Below, one piece after another: positions 43,683 to 53,724 of a DNA stretch of 64,000 nucleotides. The notes below the pieces were generated by a model. That model did no database searches. It saw only the letters and a list, made by a program, of their open reading frames with translations, and had not been told where the DNA came from. Numbering within the stretch: the stretch's first letter is position 1; every line of letters begins with the position of its first letter. The position numbers were made by a program, and so were the translations under genes. The stretch comes from an uncultured Candidatus Saccharibacteria bacterium. Its GTDB lineage: Bacteria > Patescibacteriota > WWE3 > 2-01-FULL-39-13. Location: contig CAYJKF010000005.1 in the NCBI GenBank assembly GCA_964370865.1, forward strand, positions 35,281-99,280, in the 5' to 3' direction.

Positions 43683-46199
43683 ATGAAAGAACAATATAAT
43701 CATGTTGATATCGAAAACAAGGTTAGAGCGGAATGGGAAAAGTCGGGATTGTTTCAAAATGAATTTTTTGATGAGAACGAAGCAAAAACAGTAACTCCAG
43801 AAAATAAGAAATATGTTTTACCTCAATGGCCATATCCGTCAGGATCAGGATTACATATGGGGCACTCGGAAACTTATGTCGCTTGTGATATTTACTCCCG
43901 ATACTTAAGGATGAAGGGTTATAAAGTATTGCAGGCATTGGGATGGGATTCTTTCGGATTACCGGCCGAAAACTACGCTATTAAAACAAATATTCATCCT
44001 CGAATAAACACGGAAACTGCAATTGATAATTTTAGGGAACAAATTAAGTTACTGGGAGTTTCGGTAGATTGGTCCAGAGAAGTAGCAAGTCATAAACCTG
44101 ATTACTATAAGTGGACTCAGTGGTTATTCTTATTCCTCTATGAACAAGGATTGGCTTATCGTAAAGAACAAAAAGTTAACTGGTGTGACAGTTGTAAAAC
44201 CGTTTTGGCGAATGAACAAGTAATAGCAGGCAAATGCGAAAGATGCGGATCTGAAGTTATTCAAAAGAACATGAATCAGTGGTTTTTTAGAATCACTGAC
44301 TATGCAGATAGGCTCTACGATGATTTAGATAAAGTTGATTGGCCAGAAGAATCCGTAAAACGTCAACGAGATTGGATAGGTCGAAAATATGGTGCTGTGA
44401 TTAATTACGAGGTTATTGGTAGTGAAAACAAAATAGAATGTTTTACTACAAGACCTGAGACTAATTATGGTGCCACCTTTATTGCCCTTTCACCAGATCA
44501 TATTTTGGTGAATAAAATAGTTGCCAGTGAAATTGTTTCTGAAAGCTTAACACCACCAGTATTAGAGTCAATTCGGCACTACATTGAGGTTACAAGCAAG
44601 AAAACAGAGAGAGAGCGTATAACCGAGGGTTCAAAAAAAACAGGTGTGTTTAGTGGCTTGTATGCCTTAAACCCTTTTAGTAAAAAGCAAATGCCAATTT
44701 GGATTTCTGATTACGTACTATCAAATGTTGGAAGTGGTGCGGTCGTTGGAGTTCCAGCACATGATGTTCGGGATTTCGAGTTCGCTCGCACTTTCGACTT
44801 GGAAGTTATTCGAGTAATAAAGGATTCGGTGAATGGTGATAAAGAGATACTTGTCGAAAATGAAGTTTATGAAGGACAAGGAGAAATAATAAATTCAGGT
44901 ATTATAAACGGCAAAAATTCAGTTGAAGCTAAAGAAATAATTATAGATTATGTGGAGAAAGAAGGCTTAGGAAAACGCGCCAAATTCTTTAAATTAAGAG
45001 ATTGGTCTATCTCCAGACAAAGATTTTGGGGAGCTCCAGTTCCAATGGTGTTTGATACAGAAGGTGAGCCACATCCTGTTACTAAGGATGATTTGCCTGT
45101 CTTATTGCCGGAGGATGTAGATTTTATTCCAACTGGAAGATCACCTTTAACATATTCAGAATCGTTTCAAAATGGCGTAGAAGAAAAATATGGTAAAGGT
45201 TGGAAACGAGAAGTCGATACTCTTGATACTTTTATGTGTTCTTGCTGGTATTTTTTTAGGTATATTGATCCTAAAAATACCGAGGAATTTGCTTCTCAAG
45301 ATAACTTAGATAGATGGATGCCTGTAGATTTTTACCTAGGTGGTAGAGAGCACGTAACTGGCCATTTACTATATTCCAGATTTATTACAAAGGCACTATT
45401 TGATGCAGGAATCGTTAAATACGATGAACCTTTTACTGTACATAAGCATCAAGGTACTATTACTGGTGCTGATGGAAGGAAAATGAGTAAACGATGGGGA
45501 AATGCAATTAGTCCAACAGATGTTGTTCAGGAATACGGCGCCGATACTGCCCGAACTTATTTAATGTTTATGGGCCCTTTGGAAGATGATAAGCCTTGGG
45601 ATACTAACGGAATAAAAGGTGTCAGAAGATTCTACTCAAAAGTTTGGAATTTATTATTAGACGAATCAAAAACTATAGTAGGGGAATCAACCCCAATTAT
45701 GGTAAAAGAACTCAACAAACTTATCAAGAAATCAGGTGAAGATATCGAATTGAGTAAATTTAATACTGTCGTGTCTGAATTCATGAAATTTTGTAATAGT
45801 TGGGATAAAAAAGAGAATTCTTTATCTATTGATGATGCGATAACTTTTCTAAAGTTACTTGCACCTTTTGGTCCTTATATTTCCGAGGAGTTAAATAATA
45901 GATTATTAGAAAGAAAAAACTCATTTAATGAAAATTCATCTAAAGTTAATCAAACTACTAGATCAATTCATTTAGAATCCTGGCCAGAGTACAGTGAGAA
46001 GTATGTAATCGACGACGTAGTTAATGTTGCGGTACAGATTAACGGAAAATTTAAAGGATTATTAGAAAATATAGGGAATGATCTTTCCGAAGCCGATGTT
46101 CTAAACTTAGTAATTAAAAAATATAATATCGATGGCACTAAAATTCTTAAAACTATATACGTGCCTAATAAAATTATTAATATAATTACCCCTAAATAA
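43683..46199 (+). CDS. leuS: Leucine--tRNA ligase
   Basis: PYPSG.GLHMGH, FTTRPET, RDWSISRQRFWG, KMSK. Confidence 0.97.
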   Translation: MKEQYNHVDIENKVRAEWEKSGLFQNEFFDENEAKTVTPENKKYVLPQWPYPSGSGLHMGHSETYVACDIYSRYLRMKGYKVLQALGWDSFGLPAENYAIKTNIHPRINTETAIDNFREQIKLLGVSVDWSREVASHKPDYYKWTQWLFLFLYEQGLAYRKEQKVNWCDSCKTVLANEQVIAGKCERCGSEVIQKNMNQWFFRITDYADRLYDDLDKVDWPEESVKRQRDWIGRKYGAVINYEVIGSENKIECFTTRPETNYGATFIALSPDHILVNKIVASEIVSESLTPPVLESIRHYIEVTSKKTERERITEGSKKTGVFSGLYALNPFSKKQMPIWISDYVLSNVGSGAVVGVPAHDVRDFEFARTFDLEVIRVIKDSVNGDKEILVENEVYEGQGEIINSGIINGKNSVEAKEIIIDYVEKEGLGKRAKFFKLRDWSISRQRFWGAPVPMVFDTEGEPHPVTKDDLPVLLPEDVDFIPTGRSPLTYSESFQNGVEEKYGKGWKREVDTLDTFMCSCWYFFRYIDPKNTEEFASQDNLDRWMPVDFYLGGREHVTGHLLYSRFITKALFDAGIVKYDEPFTVHKHQGTITGADGRKMSKRWGNAISPTDVVQEYGADTARTYLMFMGPLEDDKPWDTNGIKGVRRFYSKVWNLLLDESKTIVGESTPIMVKELNKLIKKSGEDIELSKFNTVVSEFMKFCNSWDKKENSLSIDDAITFLKLLAPFGPYISEELNNRLLERKNSFNENSSKVNQTTRSIHLESWPEYSEKYVIDDVVNVAVQINGKFKGLLENIGNDLSEADVLNLVIKKYNIDGTKILKTIYVPNKIINIITPK

Positions 46200-46210
46200 T
46201 CCGTTCGTGT

Positions 46211-47428
46211 TTGCATTCTGATCAGGCTCACCAGACGATATTAAAAACGCTATTTTTATACCTCTTTTTAGCAGCAATTTTTGGATATAGATACCGATTT
46301 GAGTCTCTAAAAAACCATGACAAATGTGACTTGGGCAAAAGCGAGGAAATCGGGGGTATATTATTTACCCATTCTACGGTCACGAAATACGGACAAGAGG
46401 TCCTTCTAAAAGATTGCAAGATAGGCCTAAAATCAAATCAAGCTATTTATTTAGGACAATATCTGACAGCTCGGAAGTCAAATCAGTTTACTTCAGAGGG
46501 TAAATTTAGTCATCTTTCGGTACAAGTTGATCAATCTAAATCGATTCATTTACTGGTTAAACTTTCCATTTTGAGAGAACAATATAAACAAGATATTTAT
46601 AGATTATTAAAAGGGGATAGGGCGTTAATTTTCTTAGGAATATTCCTAGGTAGTAGAGATATTAAAAGAAATACAGAGTTATACGGTCAGATTACACAGC
46701 TTGGACTATCTCACTTATTCGTGGCATCAGGATTTAACGTCTCTTATATTGTTAATATATTCGGATTTCTAAAACAGTTACTTCCTAGGTGGCTTTATAT
46801 ATCTATCATGAGTGGATTGTTATTGATTTATAACGTTATTGTCGGATTTGAAATTCCAATATTAAGGTCTACTTTACTGTCTTTAACGATTTTTTTATTT
46901 AAAAACTCCACTAATTCTATCCATTGGTTAATAATGATTGGTTTTGGTTTTTGTATCTTTAATCCATTTATCATAACGAGCTTAAGTTTTCAACTCAGCT
47001 TTGTGGCAACATATGCTGTATTAATATCTAATGGATTAAGAAATGGAAATGAAATTGCGAAAAAGAAGAAGTCATTTTTGTTTGTCGACGAATTAAAAAC
47101 TTCGGCTTTTGTTGTAATTTTTATTTTCCCAATTTTGTCTATTAACTTTGGAGTGCTGAACCCCTTTTCTATTTTTATCAATCCAGTTATTAGTCCTTTT
47201 ATATCTTTGATAATGATATTGGGTATGTTTACGATAGTAGGACAATATGTTCTATTTAACAACGTGCTGTATTTCGTATCCGATTTGCTCCATTTCATAA
47301 TCAGATTACTTTTTGGGGTATTAGGGATTTTTAATATACCCGTCCAAATGTCACTGGTCGAAATTCTGGCATATTATTTTCTATTATTCAGTGTTATTCA
47401 TATTTATAGGCGGAATGAAACAAATTAG
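46211..47428 (+). CDS. comEC: ComEC competence membrane domain
   Basis: GLSHLFVASGFN, PILRS, SFQLSFVAT. Confidence 0.85.
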   Translation: MHSDQAHQTILKTLFLYLFLAAIFGYRYRFESLKNHDKCDLGKSEEIGGILFTHSTVTKYGQEVLLKDCKIGLKSNQAIYLGQYLTARKSNQFTSEGKFSHLSVQVDQSKSIHLLVKLSILREQYKQDIYRLLKGDRALIFLGIFLGSRDIKRNTELYGQITQLGLSHLFVASGFNVSYIVNIFGFLKQLLPRWLYISIMSGLLLIYNVIVGFEIPILRSTLLSLTIFLFKNSTNSIHWLIMIGFGFCIFNPFIITSLSFQLSFVATYAVLISNGLRNGNEIAKKKKSFLFVDELKTSAFVVIFIFPILSINFGVLNPFSIFINPVISPFISLIMILGMFTIVGQYVLFNNVLYFVSDLLHFIIRLLFGVLGIFNIPVQMSLVEILAYYFLLFSVIHIYRRNETN

Positions 47429-48353
47429 TATTCTCTATCTACTCGTTACCAGTGTCCTAATTCTTGTGTATTTCGCAAGTTTTTATTCAAAAATAAACTA
47501 CGACAAAGGATGGTTTGTGAGCATATTAAATATAGGCAATGGTGATAGTACTTTGATAAAAACTCAAGAAGGCCTTGTGGTGCTGATTGATACTGGCCCT
47601 GATGCTAGTATCACAAGTCGGATGGCTGGCATACTTGGTCGCAATATTAGCACGATTGATTTGCTAGTTCTTACGCATTCACATGCTGATCATATCGGTG
47701 GAGCTACGTATGTTCTGGGCGAATATGATGTTAGGTGCATTGTTTATAGGACAGAGGATAAGAATAATTCATTGATGGAAGAAACTCTTAGGAATAGGCT
47801 TATTGAACAATCTATCGAAGTGCACTTTCCATTTGCTAATGATACTTCAGCCGCTGGTTCTGAATGTATGGCTGTTCTTGACGCACTTAATGAACTCGAT
47901 CTCTTTTATTACGGAAATGCATATACCGCAAATCAAGTTAAGAATAACCAAAATTTAGAAAGTCTATTCGTTCTGTATTCGGCCGGGAATTTTAATTACT
48001 GGCATATGTCAGACAATGAATATAGCATTCAGGAAAAGATCTATAATAGCGTTAGCAAGATGAATCCAGGCCAGTCATTTAATGTACTCAAAGTTCCGCA
48101 CCAGGGCAGTGAGGACAGCTTGCATAAACAGCTTATTCATTTTATTAATCCGCAGGTTGCTATTATATCGGTAGGAATTAATGGCTATGGTCATCCGCAC
48201 AAAAGTGTTGTAAATTTTTATATGAAGAGTGTTCCATTATTATTAAACACAAGACTTGATTCGGATATACTAATTAGGAAAAACAAGTCCGACATAGTTA
48301 TCCAGAAACACTGTTATAATAATATATTCTGGTGTACTATCAGCTCGTATTAA
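47415..48353 (+). CDS. ComEC-type metallo-beta-lactamase fold protein
   Basis: IGNGDSTLI, LIDTG, THSHADHIGG, LKVPHQGS, ISVG.NGYGHP; ATG at 47415 overlaps comEC. Confidence 0.85.
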   Translation: MKQISILYLLVTSVLILVYFASFYSKINYDKGWFVSILNIGNGDSTLIKTQEGLVVLIDTGPDASITSRMAGILGRNISTIDLLVLTHSHADHIGGATYVLGEYDVRCIVYRTEDKNNSLMEETLRNRLIEQSIEVHFPFANDTSAAGSECMAVLDALNELDLFYYGNAYTANQVKNNQNLESLFVLYSAGNFNYWHMSDNEYSIQEKIYNSVSKMNPGQSFNVLKVPHQGSEDSLHKQLIHFINPQVAIISVGINGYGHPHKSVVNFYMKSVPLLLNTRLDSDILIRKNKSDIVIQKHCYNNIFWCTISSY

Positions 48354-48366
48354 TTATTGATAAACT

Positions 48367-49236
48367 ATGAGGCCTAGCAATATATACGTCTTTTTTACGT
48401 CAATTATTATGTCATGTGTTCTGCTTGCGACTGTTTTTGCTGTAATGATAGGCTTTTTTATATACCGTTATAACAAAGGCGAAGAACAATTTTCGAAAGA
48501 AGTTGAGACTGAGACAAAAACCCAAAATAGGGATGCGGACATCGATGGCATATTTTATCTAGTTGCTGACATTGAGAGTGATTGGGAATCTTTAGAGTAT
48601 TTTTTAAATGATTTCGATTTGTCAGCTGAGGCGAATATTGTTCAATTAGGTGACATTACTCACCTAGGAGTATTAGATGATTTCGAACGATATTTTGGCA
48701 TAATTAAAAAATCAGGACGAACCTTTTATAATATTCCAGGGGATCGTGACTTATGGAAATCAGGAGGGTTAGATAATTACTCTAAATATTTAGGACAATC
48801 ATACTATATAAAAACAATCGGGAATTCTAAATTTCTATTCATAGATAATGCTAATGAATACGAAGGAATATCCGATGAGCAATTTAAATTTATAGAAGAA
48901 AATCTTTCAGATGTTGATTTCGTGTTTATGCACAATCCGATTTATTTTGAAGGGAGTCCTCTAAGCAGTATTATCCGAAAAGGCATGGGACAATACGATC
49001 CAGAGGTTGATAAGCAAAGAGAGAGATTGTTACAGCTTATCAGAGATTCCAATACTAAGGCTGTATTCGGTGGTGATCAACATATTTATTCCGAATCTAT
49101 AGATTCAAATGATAAGGAATTAAAACATTATGTTGTAGGTTCTTTGAATAGCAAATTGAATATTGGTGGACGTTCGTTTGTAATATTGACAACATATAAG
49201 AACGGGGATTATGCTGTTAACAAGGTAAATTTTTAA
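48367..49236 (+). CDS. Calcineurin-like metallophosphoesterase (divergent), membrane-anchored
   Basis: VAD, LGD, IPGDRD, FMHNP, GDQH in canonical order. Confidence 0.75.
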   Translation: MRPSNIYVFFTSIIMSCVLLATVFAVMIGFFIYRYNKGEEQFSKEVETETKTQNRDADIDGIFYLVADIESDWESLEYFLNDFDLSAEANIVQLGDITHLGVLDDFERYFGIIKKSGRTFYNIPGDRDLWKSGGLDNYSKYLGQSYYIKTIGNSKFLFIDNANEYEGISDEQFKFIEENLSDVDFVFMHNPIYFEGSPLSSIIRKGMGQYDPEVDKQRERLLQLIRDSNTKAVFGGDQHIYSESIDSNDKELKHYVVGSLNSKLNIGGRSFVILTTYKNGDYAVNKVNF

Positions 49237-49240
49237 TACT

Positions 49241-49741
49241 ATGGATTTTGATCAGCAACTTAAAAAAGTAAAAGGAAGCATGAAGTTTGAGCGGACTGTC
49301 GTCTTGGTCAAGCCAGATGGAGTTCAAAGAGGATTGATTGGAAAAGTTCTTACAAGATTTGAAGAGAAGGGATTGAAACTTGTTGGATTAAAATTGATGA
49401 ATGTAGATGATGTTGTATTGGAATCTCACTATTCCCACTTGAAAGACAAGCCATTTTTTCAGTCTATTAAAGATTTTATGAAGAGTTCACCTGTTGTCGC
49501 AATGGTATGGGAAGGCGTTGAGTGTATTCAGACGGTAAGGACAATTTGTGGAACTACAAATTCACGTGAAGCAACCCCAGGTACAATACGAGGCGATTTT
49601 GGTATGGGAAAACCTGCAAACATAATACATTCATCTGACACCCCGGAGAATGCTGAGGCAGAGATTGTTAGATTTTTTGATGCTAAAGAGATATATGACT
49701 ACGATAAGACCGAATACATGTACGTCTATTGGCCAGATTAA
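49241..49741 (+). CDS. ndk: Nucleoside diphosphate kinase
   Basis: ERTVVLVKPDGVQRGL, PGTIRGDF, NIIHSSD. Confidence 0.97.
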   Translation: MDFDQQLKKVKGSMKFERTVVLVKPDGVQRGLIGKVLTRFEEKGLKLVGLKLMNVDDVVLESHYSHLKDKPFFQSIKDFMKSSPVVAMVWEGVECIQTVRTICGTTNSREATPGTIRGDFGMGKPANIIHSSDTPENAEAEIVRFFDAKEIYDYDKTEYMYVYWPD

Positions 49742-49778
49742 ATTTCGAAGTTCTTGAAATGATGGATAAGTAATGTAA

Positions 49779-49854
49779 TGGTGCCCCCGGAAGGACTCGA
49801 ACCTCCGTGTCAGGTTTAGGAAACCTGCGCTCTATCCAGTTGAGCTACGGGAGC
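49779..49854 (-). tRNA. tRNA-Arg(CCT)
   Basis: Reverse complement GCTCCCG..CAGGT TTCCTAA ACCTG..GGTTCGAGTCC..CGGGGGCACCA. Confidence 0.94.
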
Positions 49855-50297
49855 AAAGTGGTAATTCAATAAATTTATTATACTTTAAGTTGGACGTTTT
49901 TAAACCCCGAGTCTGTCGCTATTTGGCATAACTTCTGTAAATTTAGTTTCTTTAGTCATCACTGTTTTAGCACAAAACATGTAAGGCATAGCCAGAAGAA
50001 GTGGGGAGCTCCGTGTACGAAATATACTCGCAAAAATAAAGCGCTATTTAATGGTTAATCTGTTTTTTTGTCCTTCTTGTTATTGTTTAGTTTCATTTAG
50101 AATTGTGTAGACCTATATAAATAGTGGATGACTCGACCGGCGGACGATAGGGACTAATTACAAGCCAAAAATGTATGTTTTGGGCATATTGGGGACGTTG
50201 GAATGTTGACAAAAACTATCAATCGCCACCGACGTGTGCCATAACCATAAAATACTTAAAGTAGTGGCATAACATGTTAACTGTTATAATTTTGACC

Positions 50298-50963
50298 ATG
50301 AAAGCTTACTTTTGGCTGAGAATGTTAGGTAATTTGTTTTGGACACTTGGTGTTGGAATTTTCATATTTACGTACATACCAATTGCTTATGGTGAGGTGT
50401 CGTATAGGGCTTTTCCTCACGAAGTAGCGGTAACAGAAGGGGATGTAACACAAAGAGTAAAGAATGAACAAGAGAATCCTGATGGCAGAGTGTTAAATAT
50501 ATCTCCTTATGAAGCTATAAACCCTGAATTTTCAATAATAATTCCCAAAATCGATGTAAATGCTCCGATCGTTTCAAATGTTTCAATGGCAAATGAAAAG
50601 GAGTATATGAATGCATTAAGACAAGGTGTTGCTCATGCGCGGGGTACATCTATGCCAGGTGAAACAGGAAATATATTTTTGTTTGCACATTCTTCTATAA
50701 ATTTTTGGCAATTAGGACCGTATGCTACGGTATTTAACTTACTCAATAAGCTAGAAAAAGGGGACGTAATCGTAATTGCGTACCAGGGTGTCTATTATGA
50801 ATATGCTTTTACCGATATGACGGTAGTCCCAGGTTGGGATACAAGTCCATTTGACGTCGAATATGACGATTCTGTAATAACTCTAATTACATGTGATCCA
50901 CCTGGAACAACTTTAAATAGGCGAGTAGTGAAGGCTCGATTATTAAATACAATTAGACCGTAA
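50298..50963 (+). CDS. Sortase
   Basis: GNIFLFAHS, TLITCDP, R; N-terminal TM; start moved to MKAYF because TATAAT lies 7 nt upstream. Confidence 0.9.
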   Translation: MKAYFWLRMLGNLFWTLGVGIFIFTYIPIAYGEVSYRAFPHEVAVTEGDVTQRVKNEQENPDGRVLNISPYEAINPEFSIIIPKIDVNAPIVSNVSMANEKEYMNALRQGVAHARGTSMPGETGNIFLFAHSSINFWQLGPYATVFNLLNKLEKGDVIVIAYQGVYYEYAFTDMTVVPGWDTSPFDVEYDDSVITLITCDPPGTTLNRRVVKARLLNTIRP

Positions 50964-50969
50964 TTATTT

Positions 50970-52181
50970 CTATCTTAGAGCTATACCGTAAAGATTAGGG
51001 AGGTTTCCTTCTTTTAAGGAGGTTAATACTATTATCTTATCCCCACTTGGAGTTGAATGAGCTTTATTTGAAGCAAGATATCCTGTATAAACGGTTGTTT
51101 GATTAGTTCCATCTATCCTAATTAAGCTAACCGAGTAATTATCTGGCCTACTAGGGACCTGCGTGATTAAGATTAAGTGGTATGAATCTGAGTACCATGA
51201 GTAGCTAGTGGTAGTTAAATCTACATCCCTCAACGTATAATTTAGCCTTTGTTCGTCTATTGGCAAAGTAGGTTCAGCATTATATATAACTAAATCCGTT
51301 AAATTAGGATTATTTTGTGAAGGAATTTCGACTACGAATTTTCTTTCGTCCGGTGACCATTTGTCTTTAGTGTTTTCCCAATTCGATTTAATTATGTCTG
51401 GTACTTGCTGCGTAGATTCAATTTGATCGATTTGTGTCTCTAAGAAGGATGTTTTCCAGTCCTTTTCCCATTCTTTATAAATAATTTCTGCATCGGCTAC
51501 TTGCGTTGGGGCCTTGTTAATTGCTGTTTGGCTAGTGAAGTTAGTTCCTACATCATATAGTAAATATCCTTTTGGATTAAGTTCAACTAATAATTGTTTG
51601 TCATCGAGGGACCATACTAAATTTGTACCAAGTGATGGGGTGAATTGAGTTGTATCTACTATTAGAGGTTGACTACTATTTCTTAATATATTCAATGCGC
51701 TACCTGCTAAAGGAAGAATCCATACACCTGGATCTTCTTGATTAGTAGTTATATAGACTATGTCGTTATAGCTTGAAGAAAGGTCAAACGCCTTAACATT
51801 AGTGTTGGTAAGTGGCTCTAGCCTTGGTGTACGTGAAACCAAAACGGCTGTTATGTCAGTGACGAGTTCAGGATAGACAGTAATGTCTTTCTGCCAACTT
51901 TCGAAACCCTCTTTTTCTACTCTTAATCTATATTTTTTTGGAGTAAGAGAGGCGATTGTATCATCGGTGGCCGTCATTGCGGTTTCGTCTAGATAGACTT
52001 GTCCGCCATCTGGAATAGATCTCACAGCAAGCATTCCAGTCTTAACTACTATTGTTGAACTACCCTGATTGTCAATGTCGATTGAGTTCTTAATTCTCCA
52101 GCCTTCACTATATAATACTGAAAGAGTAGTGATTACCAGTAGGGTGCTAAGAGTCAAAATTAATGATATTAAATTCCTCAT
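50970..52181 (-). CDS. PEGA domain protein with beta-propeller-like C-terminus
   Basis: TGMLAVRSIPDGGQVYLD..YRLRVEKEGFESWQK; WSLDD/WSPDE/WYSDS repeats. Confidence 0.8.
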   Translation of the reverse strand: MRNLISLILTLSTLLVITTLSVLYSEGWRIKNSIDIDNQGSSTIVVKTGMLAVRSIPDGGQVYLDETAMTATDDTIASLTPKKYRLRVEKEGFESWQKDITVYPELVTDITAVLVSRTPRLEPLTNTNVKAFDLSSSYNDIVYITTNQEDPGVWILPLAGSALNILRNSSQPLIVDTTQFTPSLGTNLVWSLDDKQLLVELNPKGYLLYDVGTNFTSQTAINKAPTQVADAEIIYKEWEKDWKTSFLETQIDQIESTQQVPDIIKSNWENTKDKWSPDERKFVVEIPSQNNPNLTDLVIYNAEPTLPIDEQRLNYTLRDVDLTTTSYSWYSDSYHLILITQVPSRPDNYSVSLIRIDGTNQTTVYTGYLASNKAHSTPSGDKIIVLTSLKEGNLPNLYGIALR

Positions 52182-52297
52182 ATATACCTATATTATAATC
52201 CATTCTTCCAATTAAAAAACATTCTTAATCAGTATGTTTTATTGGGATGAAATTAGGTGCGTTAGGTCTCGATAGGCTTATAGTGAGCTATTCCTTA

Positions 52298-52326
52298 TTG
52301 ACCTAATATGTCGTCGATAGTATGTT
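52298..52326 (+). promoter_or_regulatory. Leaderless promoter of the HTH gene
   Basis: TTGACC-17 nt-TATGTT-6 nt-ATG. Confidence 0.7.
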
Positions 52327-52332
52327 GACGAT

Positions 52333-53667
52333 ATGACAATAGAACTCCAAGACAAATTATATACTTCAACTCAGGTAGCAGATATTTTAGGCGTAAGCTT
52401 AAGAACACTATATAGATATATGGAAGACGGACGTATTCAGTCAATGCGCACCGCATCTGGACGACACCGTTTTACAAAAGATCAGATAATCGATTTTCTG
52501 AATGCTGGAAATTTGTCTCCATTAGACATTGAGAGGCCGTCCACATATGCGACAAGAAGCGATAGTCAACCGGTACAAAATAACAGCAACTTAAACCAAG
52601 TGCCACAATCCACACTAACTCATAATCTAGGTTTTGGACAACAGGATAACCAAGCTGGACAGCACTCGCCTTACAATGACTTGAATTCAAGCTATGGAAA
52701 TGTTGCACCTGGTGGTCAACCTAATGTCTCAACAATGCCCGAAACATTTATGCCACAACAGCCAACTCATACACCAAATAGCGACAATTTTTCAAACAAT
52801 TCATTTTTTAATAGAGCTAATAGTGGTATGCAAACAATGGCACCAACAAGTGATCCATTTTCAGATTTCGATGATGAACCATTAGATATAAATAACAACA
52901 ACACTCAAGGGCAGAATAGTCAGGTAAACGTTGGTAATCCATTTAATGAATTTGGTGTACCCAATGCAACAGAACCAGCTGTCCCAAATACTAGCAAATT
53001 CAATTCTGACTTTGATTTTAGTGATCCTGTAGTAGAGCCAAAATTCGAAACGCCACAACCCAGGAGAGCGGAAGAAACACCAACTGATTTTAGGAATGAT
53101 TTCAAAGAAATAAATCAGGAAACTGAAGTTCGTACACAGCAAAGCCAAGTGAGTGAAACAGTGAGACAACAGTCACAGTTTCAACCAGCGGCACAACCAC
53201 AGACAGGTGGATTTGGGTTGGGTATGCCTCAACAGCAACCTGCTGCAGCTCCGGAGTTAGTAGACTTAGGGTCTCAATTAAATATTAGGTATTATAAAAG
53301 TGAACACTCCGACTTAATTGAACTAGCTCGTAAGATTAAAGATGTATCGAAGGCACGAGATTTAGAGTATGCCTTCACTTTATATGCTGGATTATCTTTA
53401 CATTTCTTGATTGATCCGTTTACTATTTTACATTTCTATGCAAATCCAGAGGATATGCAAATATGGAAAGAAGACTTAAAGTTATCTCCTGTAAGCAGAA
53501 AGGAAGATGCTAATGTTGGTGTAATAATTAATACAGATATTGTATTTGCTCCAACACGTGAAATCGCAACATTTAAAGTTGTTGACGACAAAATCTTGCT
53601 AAGAGATTTATCTGAAGTAAGAGAAGAAAATCTAATAAGAAGATTCAGAGAACAGTTAAATTCATAG
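52333..53667 (+). CDS. Excisionase/MerR-like HTH + long disordered linker + AbiEi-antitoxin-like C-terminal domain
   Basis: YTSTQVADILGVSLRTLYRY..GRHRF; Q/N/P/S-rich middle; YAFTLYAG..LHFY..ANV..VVDDKILLRDL. Confidence 0.7.
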   Translation: MTIELQDKLYTSTQVADILGVSLRTLYRYMEDGRIQSMRTASGRHRFTKDQIIDFLNAGNLSPLDIERPSTYATRSDSQPVQNNSNLNQVPQSTLTHNLGFGQQDNQAGQHSPYNDLNSSYGNVAPGGQPNVSTMPETFMPQQPTHTPNSDNFSNNSFFNRANSGMQTMAPTSDPFSDFDDEPLDINNNNTQGQNSQVNVGNPFNEFGVPNATEPAVPNTSKFNSDFDFSDPVVEPKFETPQPRRAEETPTDFRNDFKEINQETEVRTQQSQVSETVRQQSQFQPAAQPQTGGFGLGMPQQQPAAAPELVDLGSQLNIRYYKSEHSDLIELARKIKDVSKARDLEYAFTLYAGLSLHFLIDPFTILHFYANPEDMQIWKEDLKLSPVSRKEDANVGVIINTDIVFAPTREIATFKVVDDKILLRDLSEVREENLIRRFREQLNS

Positions 53668-53689
53668 GGAAAAAAAGACTGGAATAGCG

Positions 53690-53718
53690 TTGACTTTTCG
53701 TATTATAGGCTGTATACT
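53690..53718 (+). promoter_or_regulatory. Sigma70 promoter upstream of a structured non-coding region
   Basis: TTGACT-17 nt-TATACT. Confidence 0.8.
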
Positions 53719-53724
53719 ACACCA

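Noticed and set aside
52333-52510. Excisionase implying a prophage or integrative element
   Set aside because: No integrase, att repeat or phage genes nearby; the HTH is one domain of a larger protein
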